Shown here: one piece after another, positions 7,612-17,029 of the stretch
Position numbering within the stretch: position 1 is the stretch's first letter
Layout: each line of letters begins with the position of its first letter
Virus record (IMG/VR): IMGVR_UViG_3300046804_001782
Coordinates: 1 to 64,000 of that record
DNA from: a virus
Direction: 5' to 3' (one strand)
Length of the DNA stretch: 64,000 nt
The notes under the pieces: generated by a model
Databases searched by the model: none
Seen by the model: only the letters and a program-made list of their open reading frames with translations
What the model was told of the DNA's origin: nothing
Program-made: the position numbers and the translations under genes

Positions 7612-9645
7612 ATGGCACAACGTAAAAAGACAAACCCGGCGGTTCTTAATGCTCGTCGTCGTTGGAAGAACGACATGACTAAGCAGCGGAAGTACGCCGA
7701 TGAGCATGCAGCAGCCGTTGCTCGTCAACAGTTGATGTATCGTGACAATAAGGGTCCGGGTAACGACATCCAGAATGCCATTGTGTATGCGACTGCCCAA
7801 CTGGGTCGTGCTGTTGTTGACAGTATGGATATCAAGATGCCTATCAACATCTCGTTTAGCCATAGGACTCAGGCGTACACCGATTGGAAATCTATCGTCA
7901 TCAAGATCCAGAAAAAGATCTATGATCCCGATGATCTGCCCCAAATCAAGAACCTTATTAGTTTCGTAAAGGGTTTGATTTACCATGAGGTTGGACACCT
8001 CAGGTACACAGTACCATTGAAGAAACTTATGGAGGATGTCAATGTTGATTACACAACATTGCCATCACAAGATTTTGAGTGGATCCGTAGAGCGTGGAAT
8101 GCTATGGAGGACCAACGCATGGAGTGTGCGATGGTTCGTGAATCAGCGATTATGCGTAACTACTTTGCAGTCATCGTAACTGACTTTGTAATCATGTCTA
8201 GCGAAATCAGTTGGCCGCTGGTTGCAGGTAGGACGTACTTACCTAAGAAGTTACTGGACTCCATCCGAATGTATGCACAAGAAACTACGGGGAACAGTGA
8301 CCCTAGTCTTATTTCGGATACCAGTGCCGTCATTGCAAAGTACAAGCGGGCTGATAACCCCCAAGATATGTACGCACAAGTGCTTGCTTTTGTAGACATT
8401 CTTAAACGATGGGGCAAACTAGGGGTCACCGGAAGCGATCCCCGTGGGGACCACGTAGAGCAACCTGAGGGGATTCCCGATAACGATCCCACTAATGAGG
8501 GGGCTGACGTAGACTATCGTCAAAAGTATCAAAAAGCAGCCAACACCTCTGATGAAGAAGAAGCAGAAGCAGAAGCAGAAGACGGTGAGCAGGGTGAGCA
8601 GGGTGAGCAACCTGCCAACCCGGCCAACGGCACTGATGATGAAAGTAATGATGGTAACGGGAACGACGGTGATGAGGATGACTCTGATTCAGAGATAGTG
8701 AGAACCAATGAGGACCGTGGTCTGGTCAACAAGAATAACGATGCAGAACAAGACGACAAGACTTCTCGTGGTTCTTCTCATTCTAACGAGACACCTGCTC
8801 CTGTGCCTAAGCCAACGTATGAGGACCTTATCAAGTCACTCAAAGATGCCAGCAAAGAAATAATCAAGGATGCATTGAGTGGTAATGAGCAAACGGTAAA
8901 AGACTTTATCTCAACGGTCAATGACGAGTTGCGTAGGGACATGCCGCACAATATTGAGACGGCACCGCTAGAGCATGATGACTTAGTTGTTGCTGATGAA
9001 GTACATCGTGGAATAATGCAGGCACTAGAAACACTTGCAGTACAAAATGAACCAACGTGGCAGTTCAGACAGGAGCAGGGTATCCTTGACCCGTCTGCGT
9101 ACTCTCTACGTGAACCCGGTGATACCGATTACTGGATCGGTAAGGACGGAGATGGAAGCAAGGGATTCGACCTTGCAGTAAGCATCATGCTGGATACATC
9201 AGCCAGTATGTTGTTGCATTGGTGCGTATATAATGGTATCTCTGCATATGCTATCCGTAAGGCATGTGATGAGTTGAACATTCCTTGTACCGTAACTACG
9301 TTCTCCGATGATGGGCGGGCGTTGTGGCGAAGCGATGAACCAATCACCGAAGTGTATCCATATCCAACTGCTGGTACGCATCCACTGGATAACTTTGAAG
9401 CACTAGATGATGAACGCATGGGTAAGGGTCGTCATCTTGTTGTTGTGCTTACAGACGGACAATGGTCTGGAATTCATTCCGTGGCACAATACTATGCACC
9501 CGGAAGATACTTCTTGCTTGTATCTCTGGGGAACGGGTTACGACAGTACCTAGAGGCACTCAATCCGCACAGCGTGGTTGAGATTAGTAGTCCAAAACAT
9601 TTGCCAGAGCATGTTACCCGTGCGCTGGCTGGGTTCCTTGCGTAA
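7612..9645 (+). CDS. CobT-like metallopeptidase-motif plus VWA domain protein (MoxR partner)
   Basis: YHEVGH (HExxH), NAMEDQRME, acidic linker, MIDAS DTSASM and LTDG. Confidence 0.85.
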   Translation: MAQRKKTNPAVLNARRRWKNDMTKQRKYADEHAAAVARQQLMYRDNKGPGNDIQNAIVYATAQLGRAVVDSMDIKMPINISFSHRTQAYTDWKSIVIKIQKKIYDPDDLPQIKNLISFVKGLIYHEVGHLRYTVPLKKLMEDVNVDYTTLPSQDFEWIRRAWNAMEDQRMECAMVRESAIMRNYFAVIVTDFVIMSSEISWPLVAGRTYLPKKLLDSIRMYAQETTGNSDPSLISDTSAVIAKYKRADNPQDMYAQVLAFVDILKRWGKLGVTGSDPRGDHVEQPEGIPDNDPTNEGADVDYRQKYQKAANTSDEEEAEAEAEDGEQGEQGEQPANPANGTDDESNDGNGNDGDEDDSDSEIVRTNEDRGLVNKNNDAEQDDKTSRGSSHSNETPAPVPKPTYEDLIKSLKDASKEIIKDALSGNEQTVKDFISTVNDELRRDMPHNIETAPLEHDDLVVADEVHRGIMQALETLAVQNEPTWQFRQEQGILDPSAYSLREPGDTDYWIGKDGDGSKGFDLAVSIMLDTSASMLLHWCVYNGISAYAIRKACDELNIPCTVTTFSDDGRALWRSDEPITEVYPYPTAGTHPLDNFEALDDERMGKGRHLVVVLTDGQWSGIHSVAQYYAPGRYFLLVSLGNGLRQYLEALNPHSVVEISSPKHLPEHVTRALAGFLA

Positions 9646-9650
9646 ACACA

Positions 9651-9685
9651 TTGACTGGGCAGCGGTGCAAACGTGCCGCTGTCCA
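9651..9685 (+). repeat. Dispersed 35-bp site, copy 3 (also forms a 17-bp hairpin 9652-9689)
   Basis: TTGAC-TGGGC-AGCG-GTGCAAA-CGTG-CCGCT-GTCCA, 5 bp after VWA stop. Confidence 0.85.
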
Positions 9686-9711
9686 GTCACATACCTATAA
9701 AGGAAAACAAA

Positions 9712-10065
9712 ATGACTGATTACATTCCTACAAACTTTGATTACGTAATTGATTCACGTGATGTCATTGAGGCCATCAGAGTAATGGATAATGGGGGCAT
9801 TGATGATTGTGCGGATGATCTTGCTGACCTCAAAGAACTCAATCGACAAGGAGAAGAGGCTTCTCCAGATTGGTCTTATGGGGCCACACTTATCCGTGAC
9901 ACATACTTCACAGCGTACGCTGAAGAGTTGGCGAACGACTGTGGTCTGATTAGAGATAACGCTGGTTGGCCTTACCAACATATTGATTGGGAGATGGCCG
10001 CAAGAGATCTACAAATTGACTACACACCAGTAGGTTTTGCTGGTGTCACGTACTGGGTTAGGTGA
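9712..10065 (+). CDS. ArdA-like antirestriction-type protein (C-terminal similarity)
   Basis: YAEELANDCGLI...HIDWEMAARDL resembles ArdA C-terminus; acidic. Confidence 0.5.
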   Translation: MTDYIPTNFDYVIDSRDVIEAIRVMDNGGIDDCADDLADLKELNRQGEEASPDWSYGATLIRDTYFTAYAEELANDCGLIRDNAGWPYQHIDWEMAARDLQIDYTPVGFAGVTYWVR

Positions 10066-10072
10066 CAAAACA

Positions 10073-10354
10073 ATGCGATATAGAAATATCAACAGCATGC
10101 CCGGTCCCGGTGATTTCTACACACGGGAAGAGTTAGATGATGGCCGTTGTGAAGATTGCGGCTACGAGGACTGTACATATTACTGTGAGTGTGAAATTTG
10201 TTTGCCAACTTGTTGCACCTTTTGCGACAATAGGTCAAAAGATTGGGAACACGCTTACTCTGAGTTTGATCCTGAATATGCAGTAGATGACTTTCCTGTT
10301 TGTAATGAGTGTTTTCAAGGTCTAATGAAAGAACGTGAGGAAAACAAAGAATGA
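10073..10354 (+). CDS. Cys-rich acidic hypothetical protein
   Basis: Many CxxC motifs. Confidence 0.6.
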   Translation: MRYRNINSMPGPGDFYTREELDDGRCEDCGYEDCTYYCECEICLPTCCTFCDNRSKDWEHAYSEFDPEYAVDDFPVCNECFQGLMKEREENKE

Positions 10355-10713
10355 ATAACAAAGTTGAGCATGTTGATTGGCTACATTCCCTTATGCAAGA
10401 GTTAGAAAATAATGATATTGAGTTGCCTATCGGTGACTATTATTCCGTATATGAGGTGCTTGAGTCTTTGCGTGAGCATCTGCTAAACACTGAAATAGAC
10501 CCACTTGACGTTGTTTCGTTAGGCGAAACACTGTACGAAATCTACGAGAAAGACGGCAAATCTGGTGTATATGCATATGTTAATGCTCATTACCCAGATT
10601 GGGCTTGGGGTTACTGTTGGCTTTGTGACTGTGAGTCACCGGCTATGCCAGACGGTTACTGCGCCGTTTGTTGGGGTGAAAAAGTACAACTGGAAAATGG
10701 AGAAACAAACTGA
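10351..10713 (+). CDS. Hypothetical protein with C-terminal Cys4 ribbon
   Basis: CWLC...CAVC; ATGA overlap. Confidence 0.65.
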   Translation: MNNKVEHVDWLHSLMQELENNDIELPIGDYYSVYEVLESLREHLLNTEIDPLDVVSLGETLYEIYEKDGKSGVYAYVNAHYPDWAWGYCWLCDCESPAMPDGYCAVCWGEKVQLENGETN

Positions 10714-10714
10714 A

Positions 10715-10855
10715 ATGATTAAAGAGTATGAAGAAGAACTTGGAGAGTGTGACTCTTGTGGATCAACATACGTTATTGGTTCCGATGATCACTGCGGGGA
10801 ATGCGGTTGTTGTTGGGGCCATTGTTGGCATGTAGAAAAGATGGAGGATGAGTAA
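10715..10855 (+). CDS. Small Cys/His-rich protein
   Basis: MIKEYEEELGECDSC...HCGECGCCWGHC. Confidence 0.55.
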   Translation: MIKEYEEELGECDSCGSTYVIGSDDHCGECGCCWGHCWHVEKMEDE

Positions 10856-11187
10856 TGGGTGCTGATTTTATTGGAGGCTATGTACACGTAGCCAAGACCA
10901 GACAAAAAGCGTACGATGCATTGGAAGCAATTGATGCATCTCGTATCGCCATGCATTTGATAAACGCTGGCCTCAGCGTAGAAGAGACTGAGTACACGGT
11001 ACGAGAACAGGCGTTCGATTATGTAAACATGGTCTACGATGCTTACGAAGGTTACCGTCGTGATGGGGACGTATGGATCATTGATGATAAAACGTATGTC
11101 GTCACAGGTGGCATGTCATGGGGTGATTCACCAACCGAATTATGGGACGCGGTAGTGGCGGTATCGGCATTAGGGATAACCCACTAA
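10855..11187 (+). CDS. Hypothetical protein
   Basis: TAATG overlap; TGGMSWGD motif. Confidence 0.7.
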   Translation: MGADFIGGYVHVAKTRQKAYDALEAIDASRIAMHLINAGLSVEETEYTVREQAFDYVNMVYDAYEGYRRDGDVWIIDDKTYVVTGGMSWGDSPTELWDAVVAVSALGITH

Positions 11188-11223
11188 TATGGTTTACATA
11201 CATACAAACGAAAGGATAGCAAA

Positions 11224-11532
11224 ATGACTACACGTTCAACAAGCATGGTTGTAAACGAAATTATGAAACTCATAGAAAACGAGGATGAGGCAATCCATCT
11301 ATACCATGCTCTTGCTCAACATTTTGGATGGCAGGGAACATTTTGGACATTTGAAGATGTTGAGTCAGTCTGGCAGGATTGTTATGCCGATCAACAGATT
11401 CCCATGCCTTTGGATGTCTGGGAAGAGGTACAAAACAACTGGTACTGGCGTCGTGGGTTGGTAGAACGCATGAGCGAAGCAGGAAGTGACTTAGTATATG
11501 AAGCGGTTCGTGAAGTAGTGGAGGGTAAGTAA
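11224..11532 (+). CDS. Hypothetical protein
   Basis: AAAGGA SD. Confidence 0.7.
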   Translation: MTTRSTSMVVNEIMKLIENEDEAIHLYHALAQHFGWQGTFWTFEDVESVWQDCYADQQIPMPLDVWEEVQNNWYWRRGLVERMSEAGSDLVYEAVREVVEGK

Positions 11533-12338
11533 TGGCAACACAACCACAGCGTAATTTGATTAACACGCTTGTCAGTGCTCGCAGAACGGCACTTGAAGCA
11601 AACCCGGAGTTTATGGATGAAATTGTTAAAGCCTTACCCGAGGATGTACATTGGAAAGAGGCTAGCAAAGTCATTGAACGACTCAAGACTCTACCTTGTG
11701 ATGCACGAGCAGATGAAGACATTGATGCTGTTCGTGATCTTGTAAAGGATATCAAAGACACATGGCTTAGACTAACAGTTCCTGACATTATCAAACGATT
11801 TGACTCTGGCGGTGCGCTGTCTGACAAGCAACGAGAGGTACTCAGGAGAGGACTTGAAGACGCACTTAAAGCACCTCTTGAACAAGGCATTTACAAAATG
11901 AATGACGAGTATTACCGGGTAACTAAGACCAAGGCTGACCACCACAAGTTGGTTGCTCGCAAATTGGTAATGCGTTCTATGGGTGATCTTCGTTACTGTG
12001 AGTTTCATTACTCCAAAGATGCTTTGTATAAACTCACTCCTGACATGCGTGTGTCTGAAGAAGAGGCCCGTGCCTTTGGTCACAAATTCAAGTTGTGTTG
12101 CAATTGTGGTGAACCTATCGGGTATGGTGACAAGCGAGGAACCCTGATGTCCTACGCTGTTGGATACGGGCCGGTGTGTGCATCACGTAATAATTGGTCT
12201 TATCCCAAGAATGTTCAAGAAGCAATCGACATCTGTCACCGCCTCAATCTCACACACCCTTTACTCACTCTTGTTGATGCTGGTAAAAGCATTGACGAGG
12301 CTGAGGCAGAACTTAGTAATGAACAACAAGTAAACTAA
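11532..12338 (+). CDS. DUF6011-like zinc-finger protein
   Basis: CCNCGEPI...SYAVGYGPVCA. Confidence 0.6.
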   Translation: MATQPQRNLINTLVSARRTALEANPEFMDEIVKALPEDVHWKEASKVIERLKTLPCDARADEDIDAVRDLVKDIKDTWLRLTVPDIIKRFDSGGALSDKQREVLRRGLEDALKAPLEQGIYKMNDEYYRVTKTKADHHKLVARKLVMRSMGDLRYCEFHYSKDALYKLTPDMRVSEEEARAFGHKFKLCCNCGEPIGYGDKRGTLMSYAVGYGPVCASRNNWSYPKNVQEAIDICHRLNLTHPLLTLVDAGKSIDEAEAELSNEQQVN

Positions 12339-12356
12339 CCACCACGAAAGATTACT

Positions 12357-13820
12357 ATGACAACATTTGATGAACTATTGGATCAGTTGAAGAAACCATC
12401 CAGTGCTAGTATTCCCAAACTACAGGTACCAGTACTGAACTTACCGCTTCTTCCATATCAAGAGGAAGCGGTGGGGTTTGCCCTCCAACGTGGAGAAACG
12501 TATCTAGCACTGGACATGGGTTTGGGAAAGACCGCATGTGCCATCGCTATTGCAGTAGCAGAAGTCGGTGCAGGAAATGCCCCGGTTGGCGTGTGCGTAC
12601 CACCTAGTTTGAGAATCAACTGGGAACGGGAGTTTCTGAAGTTTGCTCCCCACATTCGTGTAAAAACGATTAAGGGAAATAAACCTTATGACGTAAGCGG
12701 TGCAGACGTTATCGTATTTGGCGATAGCGTATTGTCCTCTTGGGCTTGTGCGGATCCTCAGAAGAGAAGCCCCTACGATCTTCATGGAAAGATTAAGGCA
12801 CTCATTGTCGATGAGGCTCATCGACACAAGAACAATTCAAGCAGGGCTAAGTCTTTAAGCAGTCTTGCAAAGACAGTGCGTGGAAGACGAGTACTGTTGT
12901 CTGGTACTCCCATACCCAACGGTAGAACGGTTGAAATTGTTAACCAACTAAATGTTTTGGGTGACAATGCTTGGGCGGCTATCGGTGGTATGGGTAAGTT
13001 TTGGCAATACTATGCACCAAAACAATCGTACGGTCGTGGCTCTGTAGACCTTGAGGGTCTTGGTGATGTAATGCGATCAACGTTCATGCTCAGGAAACGC
13101 CGTGACGAAGTACTAGACCTTCCAAACAAGGGACGTTCAGCGATCATTCTGGAGGGTCATGGTGATGGGATCCGTAAGTATATTGAGATTGAAAATGATC
13201 TCATTGCGTTCCTCCAGAAAGAGGGACGAGAATGGCGTGGTGCTGCCCGTAATGAGACATTGGTAAAACTGAATCTCATGAGGGCTGCTGCCGGTGAATC
13301 CAAGGTACGAGCACTTATTGAACACATCACTGACATGATGGATACACCGGGAGGTGTGTTCGTGGTGGCCGAACACAATCTAGTAATGGATAACCTCGTT
13401 ATGGGATTATATAAGCACGGCGTTGTCTGTATTAGAGGTGGAATGTCTGACAATGACAAAGCGGAAGCTATGGATGCATTCAACACGGGAAGAGCACGTA
13501 TATTGGTTGGCCAAATTACGTCTGCCGGTACCGGTTTTACATTGCATGGCAACGGACTAAATCACCGTGTTGTAATCGCTCAGATACCTTGGACACCTGC
13601 TGAACTTCGTCAGGCAGAAGACAGGCTGCATCGAATTGGGCAGACACACGATGTAACCGTTGAGGTGGCATTGTGTCATATCGAAAACAAACTTACCATT
13701 GATGAACGCTTGTGGAGTGTTTTGGAAAGCAAAGCATTTGATACAGGCCGTCTTATTGATGGTATGGGTGAGTACTTACTCAGTGAGGTTCAGGAGAGCA
13801 TTATTGACTCGTATCGCTAG
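12357..13820 (+). CDS. SNF2-family (SMARCAL1-like) helicase
   Basis: DMGLGKT, DEAH, LSGTP, QAEDRLHRIGQ. Confidence 0.9.
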   Translation: MTTFDELLDQLKKPSSASIPKLQVPVLNLPLLPYQEEAVGFALQRGETYLALDMGLGKTACAIAIAVAEVGAGNAPVGVCVPPSLRINWEREFLKFAPHIRVKTIKGNKPYDVSGADVIVFGDSVLSSWACADPQKRSPYDLHGKIKALIVDEAHRHKNNSSRAKSLSSLAKTVRGRRVLLSGTPIPNGRTVEIVNQLNVLGDNAWAAIGGMGKFWQYYAPKQSYGRGSVDLEGLGDVMRSTFMLRKRRDEVLDLPNKGRSAIILEGHGDGIRKYIEIENDLIAFLQKEGREWRGAARNETLVKLNLMRAAAGESKVRALIEHITDMMDTPGGVFVVAEHNLVMDNLVMGLYKHGVVCIRGGMSDNDKAEAMDAFNTGRARILVGQITSAGTGFTLHGNGLNHRVVIAQIPWTPAELRQAEDRLHRIGQTHDVTVEVALCHIENKLTIDERLWSVLESKAFDTGRLIDGMGEYLLSEVQESIIDSYR

Positions 13821-13832
13821 TTGTTGTATAAC
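13804..13832 (+). promoter_or_regulatory. Putative sigma70-type promoter
   Basis: TTGACT-17 bp-TATAAC, running into repeat copy 4. Confidence 0.45.
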
Positions 13833-13863
13833 CTACGCCACGCCGCAAACGTGGCTCAGTCCA
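13829..13863 (+). repeat. Dispersed 35-bp site, copy 4
   Basis: TAACC-TACGC-CACG-CCGCAAA-CGTG-GCTCA-GTCCA, just after SNF2 stop. Confidence 0.85.
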
Positions 13864-13876
13864 AAAAGGAATACCA

Positions 13877-14059
13877 ATGGAAAACAAAACTGTATGGGTT
13901 TGTGATACGTGTGGAAGTGACGCTGTTTACTTTGATGCATATGTAAATGTAAATGACATCCAAGACATCCGAGTGTTTGATTACACAATGTGTGATGTTT
14001 GTGGTGGAGAAACAACCATTAGAGAAATTAACGTAGAAGAAATGGATACATGCAAATGA
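13877..14059 (+). CDS. Small Zn-ribbon protein
   Basis: CDTCGS...CDVCG. Confidence 0.65.
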   Translation: MENKTVWVCDTCGSDAVYFDAYVNVNDIQDIRVFDYTMCDVCGGETTIREINVEEMDTCK

Positions 14060-14418
14060 CAATCACCAAGAAGCAAGAAAAAGTGCTTGACAAGTACCTC
14101 TCTCTGCGAGAAGAATATGAAATGCTCAAGCAAATCATGGAAGAAACAGAGGATGAAATCAAAAACATTCTCCGAGAGATTGATGGACACACCGTTAAGT
14201 GGGGCGGTCATCAATTTACACTGGTTGAAGCGGAACGTAGGTCGTTCGATGCTTCAGCACTCAAAGAGTTAGTTAGTAACTCCGTGTTTAGAAAAGTTAC
14301 AGAACCGGTGGTTAAAACAACACTCATTGACGCTGCTGTTAAAATTGGTACGATTCAACCAGAGGTAGTAGATGCTATTACTTCTATTACACCTTACACA
14401 CAACTGAGGGTAAAGTGA
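14050..14418 (+). CDS. Coiled-coil phage protein (Gam/Gp157-like; resembles 35345..35779)
   Basis: N-terminal coiled coil, ERRSFD, FRKVTEPVV. Confidence 0.5.
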   Translation: MQMTITKKQEKVLDKYLSLREEYEMLKQIMEETEDEIKNILREIDGHTVKWGGHQFTLVEAERRSFDASALKELVSNSVFRKVTEPVVKTTLIDAAVKIGTIQPEVVDAITSITPYTQLRVK

Positions 14419-14579
14419 CTAAAAACGCAGTAACGTGGGTATGTACCGTGTGTTCAAACAAAGTGACCACATTGGTAACGCTCTCAGAACCTCCCGTCTG
14501 TAATAACAACCATCTTCGTGGTGGGAGAGTAATGAAGAAAGTACAGGAAACCAATAGTGAGGAACAAAACAATGAATAA
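14415..14579 (+). CDS. 54-aa Zn-ribbon protein (not in ORF track)
   Basis: MTKNAVTWVCTVC...PPVCNNNH; GTGA overlap. Confidence 0.55.
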   Translation: MTKNAVTWVCTVCSNKVTTLVTLSEPPVCNNNHLRGGRVMKKVQETNSEEQNNE

Positions 14580-14745
14580 TAAGGTTAGCATTGAGGATGT
14601 AATGGCTTGGTTGCAGTCAAAACACACTACAATGTGGGGCGGTAACGGTTGGACTGTCACGAAAGAAGATACTTGTAGACAGGCTGCTGACTGGTTTGTA
14701 TCTCAAATCAATGACCTATACGATTGGAAGAACAATGCACAATGA
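14572..14745 (+). CDS. Hypothetical protein
   Basis: GAGGA SD. Confidence 0.55.
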   Translation: MNNKVSIEDVMAWLQSKHTTMWGGNGWTVTKEDTCRQAADWFVSQINDLYDWKNNAQ

Positions 14746-15085
14746 TACCCACAGTGCTGTTGAGGAAATCAAACGCCTCAGAAAGATTAACAAGCAACTA
14801 CGAAACATCGTAATGAATGCTAATGATCCCCACAGCAATGATTGCTACGGAGTTCTAGTCGATGATCCTACACCGGTATGCACGTGTGGGTATGACGACG
14901 TAGTTCGTGACTCAATAATGGTAACTACGGAATGTGATGACTGTGATCCTAAACTTGTCGATTTCCTAGCCGCATCCCTTACCGACGTTATTGGTAAGCA
15001 TGTTCCAGAGAACGAGCAGAATAATTGGAATAACGTACTGCTTATGTACATTAACTACAAAGAAGGAAATAAAAACAATGAGTAA
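14735..15085 (+). CDS. Hypothetical protein
   Basis: EEIKRLR coil, HxxxC...CTCG. Confidence 0.6.
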   Translation: MHNDTHSAVEEIKRLRKINKQLRNIVMNANDPHSNDCYGVLVDDPTPVCTCGYDDVVRDSIMVTTECDDCDPKLVDFLAASLTDVIGKHVPENEQNNWNNVLLMYINYKEGNKNNE

Positions 15086-16094
15086 TACCACGGTATTAGT
15101 GACCGGGGCTTCGGGATTCGTGGGACACCACGTCGTGGAGCACCTTTTGGAGAACACCGATTGGGACGTAATAGGAACGTATACATATCAACATCGTGGT
15201 GATCCGTGGAGGTTGAAGCACCTAGCAGACAACCCTCGTCTAAAGTTGGTTCGCATGGATTGCGCTGCCCCGTTTGGATCACTTAGTGATGCCTTTGATA
15301 ATGTAACAGTTGATTATGTGCTGCATATTGCTGCCGACTCACATGTTGATCGCAGCATCACTGATCCAGTTCCTTTCATCCGCAACAATGTTGACCTTAC
15401 GTTGTTCACTTTGGAGTGGGCACGACAAGCCAAGCCGAAACTGTTCATACAGTTCAGCACTGATGAGGTATATGGCCCTGCACCAGCAGGTGTGCAACAT
15501 GAGGAATGGTCGCCAATCGTTCCTAGCAATCCTTACAGTGCTAGTAAGGCGGCACAGGAAGCAATCGCCATTTCTTACTGGCGCACCTATGACATTCCAC
15601 TCATTATCACTAACACCATGAACGTCATTGGAGAGCGTCAGGACGTTGAGAAGTTCGTGCCGATGCTCATTCGTGGCGCACAGACTGGTGAAAGCGTTAC
15701 GATTCATGCGGATGATGAGGAACGACCCGGTAGCAGATACTACATCCACGCACGTAATGTGGCTGATGCTCTCTTATTTATTATCAATAAGTATAAGGAT
15801 GAAGACATCCTCTATCGTGAGCGTCTTCGTGATAAACCTCCTCGCTTCAATGTCGTTGGAGAGATGGAGATGGACAACCTTACGATGGCGTTCAAGGTTG
15901 CTGATGCTGTTGGAAAGACGCTTAACTATAAACTAGTAAACTTTCACGCTGCACGTCCCGGCCATGACCGCAGGTATGCACTAGATGGTGCTAAGTTAGC
16001 CAACCTCGGATGGGTACCTCCGGTAGACATTGATACGTCTATTCGTCGCACCGTAAATTGGGAACTTAATAACAGGTGGAAAGACAATGATTAA
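15078..16094 (+). CDS. rfbB: dTDP-glucose 4,6-dehydratase (RmlB/RfbB-like extended SDR)
   Basis: GASGFVG, AADSHVDRSI, STDEVYG, YSASK, RPGHDRRYA. Confidence 0.9.
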   Translation: MSNTTVLVTGASGFVGHHVVEHLLENTDWDVIGTYTYQHRGDPWRLKHLADNPRLKLVRMDCAAPFGSLSDAFDNVTVDYVLHIAADSHVDRSITDPVPFIRNNVDLTLFTLEWARQAKPKLFIQFSTDEVYGPAPAGVQHEEWSPIVPSNPYSASKAAQEAIAISYWRTYDIPLIITNTMNVIGERQDVEKFVPMLIRGAQTGESVTIHADDEERPGSRYYIHARNVADALLFIINKYKDEDILYRERLRDKPPRFNVVGEMEMDNLTMAFKVADAVGKTLNYKLVNFHAARPGHDRRYALDGAKLANLGWVPPVDIDTSIRRTVNWELNNRWKDND

Positions 16095-16545
16095 AACAGT
16101 TTCTCAGTATCAATACGAGTATTGGGAATTCCTAAAGGATAGGGGATGGAAGATGATTCCGTCCCCTATCTCTTTGGGCACTGCCAATACGGATCTAAAC
16201 AAAAAAACTATAAACGTAAGACCATCAGTGTTTGCACAACCCTCTATAAGAGTAGTACGGTATGTCATACCTCACGAGATTTGGCATGCTCTACATGGAG
16301 AACTTTTAGATTACATGTGCATGACACTCCGCACGCAACGACGGTTGACTGCAAAATCAGCAATTGAGGTGGTTGCCGATAGTGGATGTTTGTTTATGGA
16401 TGATTCACGAGCCATGAATACATGGGTACGGTCTTCCGTTATGTGGCATGGTCGGGTAGGGTATAGATACTCAATGTCAGACGTACGTTCAAAAGAAGCA
16501 CTGGATCTAGTAAACATGTTGGATGCGGAGGCCCGCCGTGGCTGA
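16087..16545 (+). CDS. Putative zinc metallopeptidase
   Basis: HEIWH (HExxH) and downstream EVVAD. Confidence 0.6.
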   Translation: MIKTVSQYQYEYWEFLKDRGWKMIPSPISLGTANTDLNKKTINVRPSVFAQPSIRVVRYVIPHEIWHALHGELLDYMCMTLRTQRRLTAKSAIEVVADSGCLFMDDSRAMNTWVRSSVMWHGRVGYRYSMSDVRSKEALDLVNMLDAEARRG

Positions 16546-16738
16546 TTTTGAATATACAATTCATGGACCAATGTGGCAATATAAGTGTGAAAGTTGTCAT
16601 GCTATGGGCGATTGCTGGGATACCGAGCAAGAAGCAATAGATGATATGAACGATCACGATTGTATAACATACTGGAAGAGCCGCATACCTCCCAGTGTTC
16701 TTGAAGAACTTATTAATCAAAGGAAACATGATGACTGA
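16538..16738 (+). CDS. Hypothetical protein
   Basis: GGAGG SD, GTG start, CESC. Confidence 0.55.
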   Translation: MADFEYTIHGPMWQYKCESCHAMGDCWDTEQEAIDDMNDHDCITYWKSRIPPSVLEELINQRKHDD

Positions 16739-17015
16739 AAAGATAAACTTTGTTTATGAATGGGAGTATGGTGAGGATACAGGTACCTATTTATGCGTAG
16801 GTCAGGTATTCATTCTTGGAGTTCAGTACACCGAAGAGTATGGTGGATACTGGTCGATGTGTTGGGATAACGAACCATCAGACCCACGTTGGGGAGAACA
16901 ACAGTTAGAAATCTCTTCAGAAGCAATACACCCAACCATTGACCAAGCAATGGATTGGTGCGAAGAAATGGATATGAAAGAAGCCGACTACGACGCTGCT
17001 CAGTTTGAGCAGTAA
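16728..17015 (+). CDS. Acidic hypothetical protein
   Basis: AAGGA SD. Confidence 0.6.
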   Translation: MMTEKINFVYEWEYGEDTGTYLCVGQVFILGVQYTEEYGGYWSMCWDNEPSDPRWGEQQLEISSEAIHPTIDQAMDWCEEMDMKEADYDAAQFEQ

Positions 17016-17029
17016 AAGAAAGAATAACC

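Noticed and set aside
6964-7998. 344-aa minus-strand ORF and similar antisense ORFs in the track
   Set aside because: Antisense shadows of well-supported genes with no motifs of their own.
6316-12346. AACCACCAC in leaders before the MoxR and SNF2 genes (and in the initiator leader)
   Set aside because: Short, low-complexity and only three instances; cannot be distinguished from chance without statistics.
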